Shown piece by piece: positions 52,172 to 61,023 of a DNA stretch of 64,000 nt (positions within the stretch are counted from its first letter, which is position 1; every line of letters begins with the position of its first letter). Location: positions 308,271-372,270 of the forward strand of contig CAWFQL010000009.1 of assembly GCA_963817915.1 (NCBI GenBank), in the 5' to 3' direction. This stretch comes from an uncultured candidate division Zixibacteria bacterium. Lineage in GTDB: Bacteria > Zixibacteria > MSB-5A5 > UBA10806. Made by a program: the position numbers and the translations under genes. The notes under the pieces are model-generated. The model did not search any database and had not been told where the DNA came from. It saw only the letters and a program-made list of their open reading frames with translations.

Positions 52172-53617
52172 TTATTTCAACGCAAGATAATCGTAGCATT
52201 TGATGACATGAAATCTGGTAAGAGTTTTTCCACTTTTAATTATTAATAAATCGTCTATCTGTCCTATTTTTCCGAAATATTTCGAAAGCTTATCCCTGTC
52301 AGGTTTTGCGCGGTCATCATAAATAAAAACTGCATTATACCCCCTTAAAGTGTCCGGGTTACACCAATAATCGTATTCAAGCCCCGGCTCTCCAATGATA
52401 TTATTGCTGACGGTCTCGGGATTATCTTTCAAATAGAATGCCATCATCGAGGCGGTCTTGTATTCGTAGCCGCAGATAAAATACGGTCCCGGCATCTCCG
52501 CGCGGATTACTTCTACCTTTGCGGCCAATTCCTTCCATCCGCTGAAGTAGTCGCCCCGCCCAACATAAATATTAGGAGCAACCGCAATGATGTGTACCGC
52601 GATCAACGCCAAGGCGATGAATACCAAGCAGATATTGCCCCATACTCGCACCCATTTTTTCTCATCGCGATAATTGAAATAATAAGCTACAGCCGCGATA
52701 AACCATCCGATAAATGCCGGCGCTGTCCAGTTCATCTTGACCCATGATTTTGTCGCCAGTGGGAAAAGAAACAGGACCAGCGGAAGTGAGAATGAGATTA
52801 TCAGAATATATGCGGATGATTTTTCTATAAATGATTTCTTGATCGCCTCGATAATACCGGCGAATAATAGCGGTAACGGCAGAAATCCATAGATTGCCAA
52901 AACAGTGCCTACAAAGCCGAAGAAATAATCGGCACGGAATCTAATAAGTTCGCTGGCACGCCGTTCGGTCTGGAATAAGAAGCTGGCCCAGTGAGTAGAG
53001 TAATTCCAATATAAAACCGGCAACACGACTACAATTGAAACTGCCAAAGCTACATAAGGCCATAAAGTACGGAAATGCTGACGCCGTTCTTTCGATGAAA
53101 GTAGGAAAATGATCGTTCCCAGTCCGGCGAAGACCATTGGGTATTTGCTATCGAATCCCGCACCGAGGAAGATGCCCAATAAAATCCACCAGATATTCCC
53201 TTCATCTCTATCAATTTTGACGCAGGCAGTCATCGTAAGCACCCAAAATAGAAGCATTGGCGCATCGGGAGTTATTATCATCGCACCGAGAGCGTAGATG
53301 AATGTAAGATTAAGCACCACGACTGTCCAGAAAGCTACTATTTCATCGAATAGCATCTTGGTCAATTGATACAGCGCCAACGCCATCAGCACTGAGATTA
53401 TGATCGCCGCCAGATGAATAGCGAATCCCGACGAGCCAAACGATGTTGTCAGCCTGATAAAATAGGCGGCTATCGGCGGATGATCGAAATACGATAATGC
53501 CGGATGGCGCGAGTAATTCCAGTAATAAGCTTCTTGCGGAGCGATAGGGAGTATAATCGCGTATAAAAGCCTGAAGACGGTTATTCCAAAAAGGAATCTA
53601 TACAGCTTTTGATCCAT
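52172..53617 (-). CDS. ArnT/PMT-like GT-C glycosyltransferase
   Basis: EAYYWNYS, YFDHPP, TPDAP, SKY motifs; many TM helices. Confidence 0.88.
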   Translation of the reverse strand: MDQKLYRFLFGITVFRLLYAIILPIAPQEAYYWNYSRHPALSYFDHPPIAAYFIRLTTSFGSSGFAIHLAAIIISVLMALALYQLTKMLFDEIVAFWTVVVLNLTFIYALGAMIITPDAPMLLFWVLTMTACVKIDRDEGNIWWILLGIFLGAGFDSKYPMVFAGLGTIIFLLSSKERRQHFRTLWPYVALAVSIVVVLPVLYWNYSTHWASFLFQTERRASELIRFRADYFFGFVGTVLAIYGFLPLPLLFAGIIEAIKKSFIEKSSAYILIISFSLPLVLFLFPLATKSWVKMNWTAPAFIGWFIAAVAYYFNYRDEKKWVRVWGNICLVFIALALIAVHIIAVAPNIYVGRGDYFSGWKELAAKVEVIRAEMPGPYFICGYEYKTASMMAFYLKDNPETVSNNIIGEPGLEYDYWCNPDTLRGYNAVFIYDDRAKPDRDKLSKYFGKIGQIDDLLIIKSGKTLTRFHVIKCYDYLALK

Positions 53618-53620
53618 AGT

Positions 53621-55801
53621 TTATCTTCCGAACGCTTCCAAATCGAATACCAACGTACCCGATATTGCTATGAAGTAATGCTTTTCGGTGAGAGCTCTCG
53701 CTATATCGAAGCTGAGTATGCGCGCTGTTGCCGATTTGACCAGCCCAAGGCGAAGGCCGACTCCGACATCAGATTTCATTTGTGTCAAATCCACCTTCTG
53801 GCTGGCCCGCCAGACATTACCGCAATCGAAAAATGCCGCGCCGCCCAATCTAACTGTAAGCAGATCGAATGGCAGATAAATTCTATATTCGATATTCCCT
53901 AATGCTAACTTGGTACCTGAGTATTTGAAATACGGATAGCCTCGCAAACCGTTATCGCCACCTAATAGAACCTGATACGACGATGGCTGACGCCAGGCGA
54001 AATCAGTTAACGCGTGAATTGCCAATACTTGTCTTTCAGTGGTTTTCAAATAGATATAACCTTCGGAGATATTGCGTATCCGTTGGCTCTGGCCGCCTTG
54101 ACCGCGCCAGCTGACAGACGAAATACCGCCGACAATCAGATTGTTGAACGGCTTTACCAGGAATCTCGCCGAAACGCCGCTTATCCAGCTTTCGATATCC
54201 GCGCCGAGGCTCTTCAATGATTTTCCGAATGAGAATCCGATCGACGGCCCAAATGTCAGATCCTCAGGCGTGCCTGCCTCGTCTATATATCGTTCAACAC
54301 CATAACGAACACGCCCGACACCGATTCCAATCGATGGATACGACAATATTTCATCATGGGGAATGAGATGATTATTCAGGAGCGTATCCGAATAATAAGG
54401 GCTGTATTTATTGGCAAAATAATCGTAGGCCGCGGTCAGATTGAGCCGGTTTCTTTCGCCAAATGAATATGATGCCTGTGAATGAAAACCATCATTGACG
54501 GAATTATATCTAAAATATTCGATTCCACTATAAAACAACCTGTTTTGAGCGGTAGAATGACTATACACAGTCGCGAAAGTCGAATGGATTTTTAATGAGT
54601 ACTGGGGACGATCCAATTGAAAATAGTAATTTTTACCATAGGTAAAATTGGAATAATTGAATATGCCCTCGATACGGCTTCCTATCAAACGTCTATTCTG
54701 ATAATAAAATGACAGGCCTTTCTGATCTTTTCCAGTCTCGCCGGTCACTTCTACCAACTGCCCGGTACCCAGGAAATTCTTCTCGGCAAACAGTATACCA
54801 ATTTTATAATTGCCGCCGCCGGTCTGAATATTAGGCGCAAGCTCGGTCGTCCAGAGATCGATAGTTGTCACTTTGAGATCGACACTGTCGGCGCCGACTG
54901 GTGAGGCATTGATCACCACATCTTCAATGAATTGCGCCATACGGATATTCCGTTGGCTCTCAAGAACCCGTTCCTCATCGAGCGAATCCCCCTCGGCGAA
55001 GAGCAGCTCGCGCCGGACGATTCGCTCTTTGGTCTTCACATGGATAGCATCGGCCCATTTATAAACGAAAAACGAACCATCCTTCGACTGGTCTTCGAAG
55101 ACATTCTTGCGGACAATCTCGATTTTGCGGATGATCCTGCCATGATATTGCCTGAGATCGGTATCGTTGGCGAATACTATGGATGATATCAGGATCGTGA
55201 TTGCGAGAAGCTTAATGACAAGACCTGTCATTCCAGCGAAAGCTGGAATCTTGCCCGTTCCTTTTGGGTGGCAGTCATCTTTGATTGCCCCTTCGTATCG
55301 CACCCTTTGTGTCGGGTCAGGCGACCCGACACCACAGGCAATACCTGCCGTCTGGTTTTTCAATCCCGACCTACTACTGGTAAGACTTGTCATTCCCGCG
55401 AAGGCCCGTTGCGCGCCAGGCCCCTGACTGGCGGGAATCCAGTTTTCTTTTTTTGTCATTCCCGCGAAGGCGGGAATCTTGCCGGTTCCTTTTGGGCGGC
55501 AGTCATCTTTGATTGCCCCTTCGTATCCCACCCTTTGTGTCGGGTCAGGCGACCCGACACCACAGGCAATACCTGCCGTCAGGTTTTTCAATCCCGACCT
55601 ACTACTGGTAAGACTTGTCATTTCCGCGAAGGCGGGAATCTTGCAAGTTCCTTTTGGGCGGCAATCATCCTTAGCTGCCCCATCGTATCGCACCCTTAGT
55701 GTCGGGTCAGGCGACCCGACACTGCAGGAATCACATGATTTATTGTAGGGGCGGGTTTCAAACCCGCCCCTACGGAAGCATACTGCCAGATTAAACATCA
55801 T
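53621..55801 (-). CDS. Omp85 (BamA/TamA-like) outer-membrane protein; first 190 codons are mostly REP-derived (alternative start 55231)
   Basis: POTRA-like TKERIVRRELLF..GD; E.NFLGTGQ; LGGDNGLRGY; NIEYR; FFDCGNVW; DVGVGLR. Signal peptide IKLLAITILISSIVFA follows the repeats. Confidence 0.85.
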   Translation of the reverse strand: MMFNLAVCFRRGGFETRPYNKSCDSCSVGSPDPTLRVRYDGAAKDDCRPKGTCKIPAFAEMTSLTSSRSGLKNLTAGIACGVGSPDPTQRVGYEGAIKDDCRPKGTGKIPAFAGMTKKENWIPASQGPGAQRAFAGMTSLTSSRSGLKNQTAGIACGVGSPDPTQRVRYEGAIKDDCHPKGTGKIPAFAGMTGLVIKLLAITILISSIVFANDTDLRQYHGRIIRKIEIVRKNVFEDQSKDGSFFVYKWADAIHVKTKERIVRRELLFAEGDSLDEERVLESQRNIRMAQFIEDVVINASPVGADSVDLKVTTIDLWTTELAPNIQTGGGNYKIGILFAEKNFLGTGQLVEVTGETGKDQKGLSFYYQNRRLIGSRIEGIFNYSNFTYGKNYYFQLDRPQYSLKIHSTFATVYSHSTAQNRLFYSGIEYFRYNSVNDGFHSQASYSFGERNRLNLTAAYDYFANKYSPYYSDTLLNNHLIPHDEILSYPSIGIGVGRVRYGVERYIDEAGTPEDLTFGPSIGFSFGKSLKSLGADIESWISGVSARFLVKPFNNLIVGGISSVSWRGQGGQSQRIRNISEGYIYLKTTERQVLAIHALTDFAWRQPSSYQVLLGGDNGLRGYPYFKYSGTKLALGNIEYRIYLPFDLLTVRLGGAAFFDCGNVWRASQKVDLTQMKSDVGVGLRLGLVKSATARILSFDIARALTEKHYFIAISGTLVFDLEAFGR
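55227..55773. repeat. Composite REP array (units 162, 66, 162 nt, partial unit, GTAG-type REP)
   Basis: GTCATT unit starts at 55227, 55389, 55455, 55617. Each 162-nt unit strings families A, G, D' and GTAG-type. Ends with GTAGGGGCGGGTTTCAAACCCGCCCCTAC at 55745-55773. Confidence 0.92.
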
Positions 55802-56382
55802 TGCTCGAACATCCTCACCGCCTGAGGCAATATAATATGCTCGACCTGCAAGACCCTATCCGCCAGCGATTCCGCCGTATCGCCGGGCAACACAGGGATT
55901 GTCCGTTGAATTAGAATTGCCCCGTGGTCATATTCTTCATCCACAAAATGCACGGTCGCGCCGGAGATTCTATCACCAGATTCGATGACCGCCTTGTGGA
56001 CATTGAGGCCGTACATTCCCGCACCGCCATATTTGGGCAGCAATGCCGGGTGGATATTGATGATCCTGTTTTTGTATTTGCGGACTAATTCTATCGGCAA
56101 AAGCTTCATATACCCGGCTAATACGATTAGGTTTATTTTGTGGAATTCCAATATCGTTAACAGCTTTTCTATATACTTGCTTTCATCGGCAAATTGTCTG
56201 GCGCTGATATGAAATGATTCAATATTGTTTTGAATCGCCCGCTGGAGAACAAATGCCCCGGAGTTGTTCGAAATGACGCAGTTAATACGGCCTTTTAAAT
56301 GGCCCTTATTTATCTCATCAATTATAGCTTGCATATTGCTGCCATTTCCCGACGCTAATACTGCTATTGATAGCTCTGACAT
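55798..56382 (-). CDS. purN: Phosphoribosylglycinamide formyltransferase
   Basis: ASGNGSN, LAGYM, NIHPALLP, GATVHFVDEEYDHG. Confidence 0.96.
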   Translation of the reverse strand: MSELSIAVLASGNGSNMQAIIDEINKGHLKGRINCVISNNSGAFVLQRAIQNNIESFHISARQFADESKYIEKLLTILEFHKINLIVLAGYMKLLPIELVRKYKNRIINIHPALLPKYGGAGMYGLNVHKAVIESGDRISGATVHFVDEEYDHGAILIQRTIPVLPGDTAESLADRVLQVEHIILPQAVRMFEQ

Positions 56383-56463
56383 AGTACCTCGCATTTCATG
56401 GGGCATGAATATATTTTAAATTTGCGGAATTATCAATTTAAATAAGGGGGGGCAATCTACAGA

Positions 56464-56615
56464 GGTATCAGGAATCCATTCCTGACATCTTGCGCAGGAA
56501 CGGTCATGAAGGGATTCACGACCGCGCACAAAATAGCGGAGAAACTGAAGCAGGAGTTCGAAATTTTAACCCCTACATTGCATCTGATCTTTTGTCAGGT
56601 CAGGCGACCCGATGA
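56464..56615. repeat. Family C doublet (reverse orientation) plus degenerate REPs
   Basis: TCAGGAATCCATTCCTGAC...GGTCATGAAGGGATTCACGACCGCGCAC. Confidence 0.85.
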
Positions 56616-56628
56616 CGCTCGCACTCTA

Positions 56629-58263
56629 CTATTTCAGCAATACTATTTTTAACGTATTCGAATTACGACCTGAGTCGAGTCTGGCAAAATAAACGCCGGA
56701 CGATAAATTGCCGGCATCCCAAACAACGCTATGCTCGCCCGCCTGCTGAATACCATCGAATAGAACCGCCGCCCTCTCCCCCATAATATTATAAATTGTT
56801 AGAGACACTGCCCCTGGCTCGCTGATATTATAATAGAATCGGGTTTGGGAATTGAATGGGTTTGGGAAGCTCGAAAGCAATTGATGATTTTCGGGCGGAT
56901 TAACTTCATCGCTTATGCCCGTCCTCTGAAGGCCATAGATAAGAAGCGTGGCGCCTTCAATCGCGAAAAGCTCGTCGTCACCATCGTTATTATAGTCGCT
57001 TATAGCTGTAATCCAGGCCTCGGATGAAGTCACACTGGCAGTCTGCTGGCCATTGGAACCGTCAATAAACCGCACCTCGCCATAAGGCCCAACCTGACAG
57101 GCTATTTGCGGACGGGTAAAGAGGGATGATTCATACTTGGAAATAATAGTATTTAGCCTATCAATGTGTCGCTGCCAGACTTGGCTGCCGCCACCTATAC
57201 CGCACAGTGAGAGATAATCATTCAAGCAATAGCAGATTTCCATGCCGGGGCGAGTGGGCTTGAAATCATCCATAATGGGGCCCTTTAAATCCGAATCGTC
57301 GAACTGCTGAACCTCCCATAACGTCCCTATTTGCCTGCCGGTATCGGCAGCAATAACAAACGAGTAATCGCTCCTATAGGGTATCGCCCATGGATAATCG
57401 ATCCCGCGTGATGATCCAATCGCGTAAATAAATGTGCTGTCATTTAAGATAATCGAATCTCGAAAATAAATCTTTCCGCCGCCTAACGTATATCTCAAAC
57501 CTAAATCTCCGCCTCTATACGCGTATACGACGCCATCGTTGATTCTGGTCCCAACACCACCGACATGCTGATAGTCTTCTCTGGCAACAGATAAAAATAT
57601 AGATATATCATCAGGATCGTTTGAAAACTTATTCAAGAATACCTCATAAGGTTCTTGATAATACTCAGTTATCCATTCCGAAAACGGATTCTGATAATAA
57701 TAGTTAGCCAGCCTTTTGATATATGTAACGGGGGGATCGAATGAGGCTCCATTATATGTTTCAATCCAGACAGTGTCGGAATTATCATAATTGCCATATC
57801 TCGTGAATGGCTCTTTGCTGACAACAACGATATCGCCCCAGCCATCGCCATTCCTGTCACCGATAGTGTAGCATTTATAGTTGGCGTCGACCGACGGGCT
57901 CGTCCAGATTAGGTTGTCGATATGCGGATTGAATATATAAATATTCTGGCCGGCGAAACATGAAATATCAAGCTTTGAATCATTATCCATATCGGCGAAT
58001 AGCAGGTTTTGCGGGTAATTTAAAACAGGACTGGTCCATACTGGATAATTGCCGGATGCATTATAGAAGAAAATATGATTTTCTGAACATAGCACGATAT
58101 CCTTCAGACTGTCACCATCGAAATCTTCAATGTATATTCTATTGAAGCCTTCAGATACTGGTATACTGGATATCTCGGCAAGTACCAGCGTATCTACCTG
58201 CGCTAATACCGGAGACGCAAATACGGACGCGGATAGTATCACCAACTTCAATATCTTTCCCAT
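56629..58263 (-). CDS. Secreted FG-GAP/VCBS-repeat protein with C-terminal T9SS-CTD/FlgD-like domain
   Basis: DFDGDSLKDI, DMDNDSKLDI, DRNGDGWGDI, DYNNDGDDEL; FPNPFNS...KIVLLK; GGAGG RBS. Confidence 0.85.
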   Translation of the reverse strand: MGKILKLVILSASVFASPVLAQVDTLVLAEISSIPVSEGFNRIYIEDFDGDSLKDIVLCSENHIFFYNASGNYPVWTSPVLNYPQNLLFADMDNDSKLDISCFAGQNIYIFNPHIDNLIWTSPSVDANYKCYTIGDRNGDGWGDIVVVSKEPFTRYGNYDNSDTVWIETYNGASFDPPVTYIKRLANYYYQNPFSEWITEYYQEPYEVFLNKFSNDPDDISIFLSVAREDYQHVGGVGTRINDGVVYAYRGGDLGLRYTLGGGKIYFRDSIILNDSTFIYAIGSSRGIDYPWAIPYRSDYSFVIAADTGRQIGTLWEVQQFDDSDLKGPIMDDFKPTRPGMEICYCLNDYLSLCGIGGGSQVWQRHIDRLNTIISKYESSLFTRPQIACQVGPYGEVRFIDGSNGQQTASVTSSEAWITAISDYNNDGDDELFAIEGATLLIYGLQRTGISDEVNPPENHQLLSSFPNPFNSQTRFYYNISEPGAVSLTIYNIMGERAAVLFDGIQQAGEHSVVWDAGNLSSGVYFARLDSGRNSNTLKIVLLK

Positions 58264-58369
58264 AAATCCTCCAGAATCGGTTAAGCCGGATTTATCAAGC
58301 ATTAGTTGTATGATCAAATTAATGATACAGGATTATTTTGTCAACAATTAATATCTGGCATCTTCGTTC

Positions 58370-58508
58370 GGGGTCAGGAATCACTTCCTGACACCTTACG
58401 TTAAGAACGGCCATGAAAGGATTCATGACCGCGCACATTTGATTTCTATAAATGGATTTTAACAAAGCCCGGAATTCATGTAGGGATTCAATATATAAAT
58501 CCCTACAT
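58370..58508. repeat. Family C doublet (reverse orientation) plus GTAG-type palindrome
   Basis: GTCAGGAATCACTTCCTGACACCTTACG...GGCCATGAAAGGATTCATGACCGCGCAC; GTAGGGATT...AATCCCTAC. Confidence 0.85.
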
Positions 58509-58735
58509 AGGATTTGGTGATTCATTTACCTTTAAAGGTTTGATTAATCAAACCCCGGCTTGATACATTATCCGATTTATAGCACGAAGGCCGATAATAA
58601 TTAGTGATTTATTCTCTATAAAAGGTTAATATCTATTTTAAGAGGAACTTATCTATTTTAATGAACGTAGAATATCGCAACATGATTTTACTCCATCGCG
58701 CGACATCGCAAATAGAATTACAAGGAGGAATTATT

Positions 58736-59977
58736 TTGAAATCCTTGAAAACCATTATCTCAATTATGGTTTTGGCCTGCATGACAACTGCGGCGGCCCA
58801 GGTTTCAGACAAACAATCGTCCGATATGCGAAAAGCTGCGCCCACTATTTTTCTCGACGGTTATTCACCCGATATCGATTATGTCAGAACTGAAATACAA
58901 TTCGTGAATTTCGTGCGCGATAAATTCGAGGCAGATATTCATGTAATCATTACTGAATTGCCCACAGCGTCAGGCGGAACCGAATACACTTATAATTTTA
59001 TAGGCCAGCGCAAGTACTCCGCCGTCAACGATACAATCAAATATTACTCGCAATCGACAGCTACACCCGACGAGATCAGGAAGGGATTTACGAACGCATT
59101 GAAGGCGGGAATTCTAAGATTTATGATCGGCACTCCCTACATGGATCATATTACTATTGGATATGATTTGAAGGCTATGCCCGAGGCTCCCAGAGACAAA
59201 TGGGACTACTGGACATTTCTTATTGCTCCGAGTTTTCGATATTCAACAAATAATGATTGGGAGATACAGAAAAACTCAAACAGCAGAATATATCTGAGCG
59301 CAAATAGAATCACCGACGCTTCCAAAACCGGCGTGTCACTTGATGCCAATTATAACGATGATCGGTCGGCGATGTATTATGATTACGGCCCGCCAGCTAA
59401 TTACTATTCAAGTTTGTTTTATACTGCCGGGTCCCGCGTATTCAGTTTTGGAGATCATTTTTCGGCCGGCGCGTTCGGCTCAGTCAGTTACCAAAAATAT
59501 GGCGGCGCAGCCCATACCAGTAATCTATCCAATCAGATAGGCCCGCAGATCGAATACGATGTTTTTCCTTACTATGAATTCACGAGGCGCCGATTCTATA
59601 TCGATTATTCGGTCTTTGTCAATTATTATAGGACAAGATATTTCAGTGATGTTTCTGACCATACAAACTCTAGATGGCACTATTCAGAAGAACTGAGCGC
59701 AAATTACATTATTAAACAGCCGTGGGGATCCTTCTCGGCCGGAATAGCATTTTCCAACAATCTCGAAAAATTAGTAGATAATCAACTGTCCTGGTCGGCT
59801 TCCGTTTACTATCGCTTAATCGAGGGTTTAAATTTGTCGCTTTCAGCAAACGGGACAAGACATGAGTATGTGCATAATTATCAGCATATGAGATATTCCA
59901 ATACCGTAATGTTTGGAATAAATTACTCATTCGGAAATATCTACAGCAATGTGGTAAATCCGCGGATGTCGTTCTAA
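58736..59977 (+). CDS. Hypothetical outer-membrane beta-barrel protein
   Basis: TTG start with AGGAGG RBS; signal peptide; aromatic beta-strands; ends YSFGNIYSNVVNPRMSF. Confidence 0.7.
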   Translation: MKSLKTIISIMVLACMTTAAAQVSDKQSSDMRKAAPTIFLDGYSPDIDYVRTEIQFVNFVRDKFEADIHVIITELPTASGGTEYTYNFIGQRKYSAVNDTIKYYSQSTATPDEIRKGFTNALKAGILRFMIGTPYMDHITIGYDLKAMPEAPRDKWDYWTFLIAPSFRYSTNNDWEIQKNSNSRIYLSANRITDASKTGVSLDANYNDDRSAMYYDYGPPANYYSSLFYTAGSRVFSFGDHFSAGAFGSVSYQKYGGAAHTSNLSNQIGPQIEYDVFPYYEFTRRRFYIDYSVFVNYYRTRYFSDVSDHTNSRWHYSEELSANYIIKQPWGSFSAGIAFSNNLEKLVDNQLSWSASVYYRLIEGLNLSLSANGTRHEYVHNYQHMRYSNTVMFGINYSFGNIYSNVVNPRMSF

Positions 59978-60003
59978 GAATTAAAGCCGTTTTTTTTTGT
60001 GCG

Positions 60004-60079
60004 GTCGGGTGGGGCCACCCGACCGCATTCTGAATCATAATTATTGTAGGGACGTCAGGCGTTTGCCGGATGCCCCACG
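60004..60079. repeat. Family E palindrome plus degenerate GTAG-type REP
   Basis: GGTCGGGTGGGGCCACCCGACC; GTAGGGACGTC...GATGCCCCAC. Confidence 0.75.
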
Positions 60080-60085
60080 GGAAAT

Positions 60086-61003
60086 CTACACTAAGCCGTA
60101 CCTAGCTACATTGTCATCGGCGATCTTGCGGATCTTCGCTAGCTCGGCTTCCCCGCCTTCTTTGAAGAGGTGCTTGAAACGGCCCTGCGGCTTGAGATAA
60201 TCCTCAACCGGACGACGGTCCTTCGTAATCTTGCGAACACGAGTCAGCTTGTTATATTCGAATTCGACTATCGGGAATAAGGCTGTTTGTACCGCCACGC
60301 GGGCGATGTCGATAGTCAATTCCGATTTGTAAATCCATCCTAATGGACAGGGCACATGGACATGAAGGAATTTCGGGCCTTTGATCTTCAAGGCTTTCTT
60401 GACCTTCATGGCCAGATCAGCCGGATAGCCGACTGTGGCCGTGGCCGCGAATGGTATCCCATGCGCCGCGCAAATTTCAAGAAGGTTCTTCTTCTGATGC
60501 TGATTGCCCCAGCTTTCGCTGCCGGGAGGCGATGTCGATGTACGGGCATCGAATGGTGTCAGGCCGGAACGCTGCACGCCGGTGTTCATGTAGGCTTCGT
60601 TATCGTAGCATACATATAGAATGTTATGGCCTCGTTCGAGCATGCCGGACAGACAGCCGATACCGATATCGGCAGTGCCGCCATCGCCGCCCTGCGCGAT
60701 TATATTGACGCCTTCAGCTCTGCCCATTGATATCAATGCGGCTTCTATTCCCGCGGCAACCGCTGACGAATTTTCGAATAGCGAATGAATCCAAGGCATT
60801 CTCCAGGCTGATTCGGGATACGCGGTTGAAAATACTTCCAGACAGCCTGTGGATGTCGCCACCATCGTATTGGGACCGGCGGCTTCCATAACCAGCTTGG
60901 CGCCCAGAGCCTCGCCGCATCCGGCGCACGCCCTATGGCCGCTGGTAAGAAGAGCCTCTTCTACCGGGGGCTTGGTCTTTTTTGGTTTTGTTGCTTCAGT
61001 CAT
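60086..61003 (-). CDS. porB: Pyruvate/2-oxoacid:ferredoxin oxidoreductase beta subunit
   Basis: GHRACAGCG, TGCLEV, GGDGGTADIG, YDNEAYMNTG, PCPLGW. Confidence 0.92.
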   Translation of the reverse strand: MTEATKPKKTKPPVEEALLTSGHRACAGCGEALGAKLVMEAAGPNTMVATSTGCLEVFSTAYPESAWRMPWIHSLFENSSAVAAGIEAALISMGRAEGVNIIAQGGDGGTADIGIGCLSGMLERGHNILYVCYDNEAYMNTGVQRSGLTPFDARTSTSPPGSESWGNQHQKKNLLEICAAHGIPFAATATVGYPADLAMKVKKALKIKGPKFLHVHVPCPLGWIYKSELTIDIARVAVQTALFPIVEFEYNKLTRVRKITKDRRPVEDYLKPQGRFKHLFKEGGEAELAKIRKIADDNVARYGLV

Positions 61004-61023
61004 TTATATCCTCCAGACTGCCA

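Noticed and set aside
55227..55773. Possible CRISPR array
   Set aside because: Composite 162/66-nt units with near-identical interiors, made of dispersed REP families.
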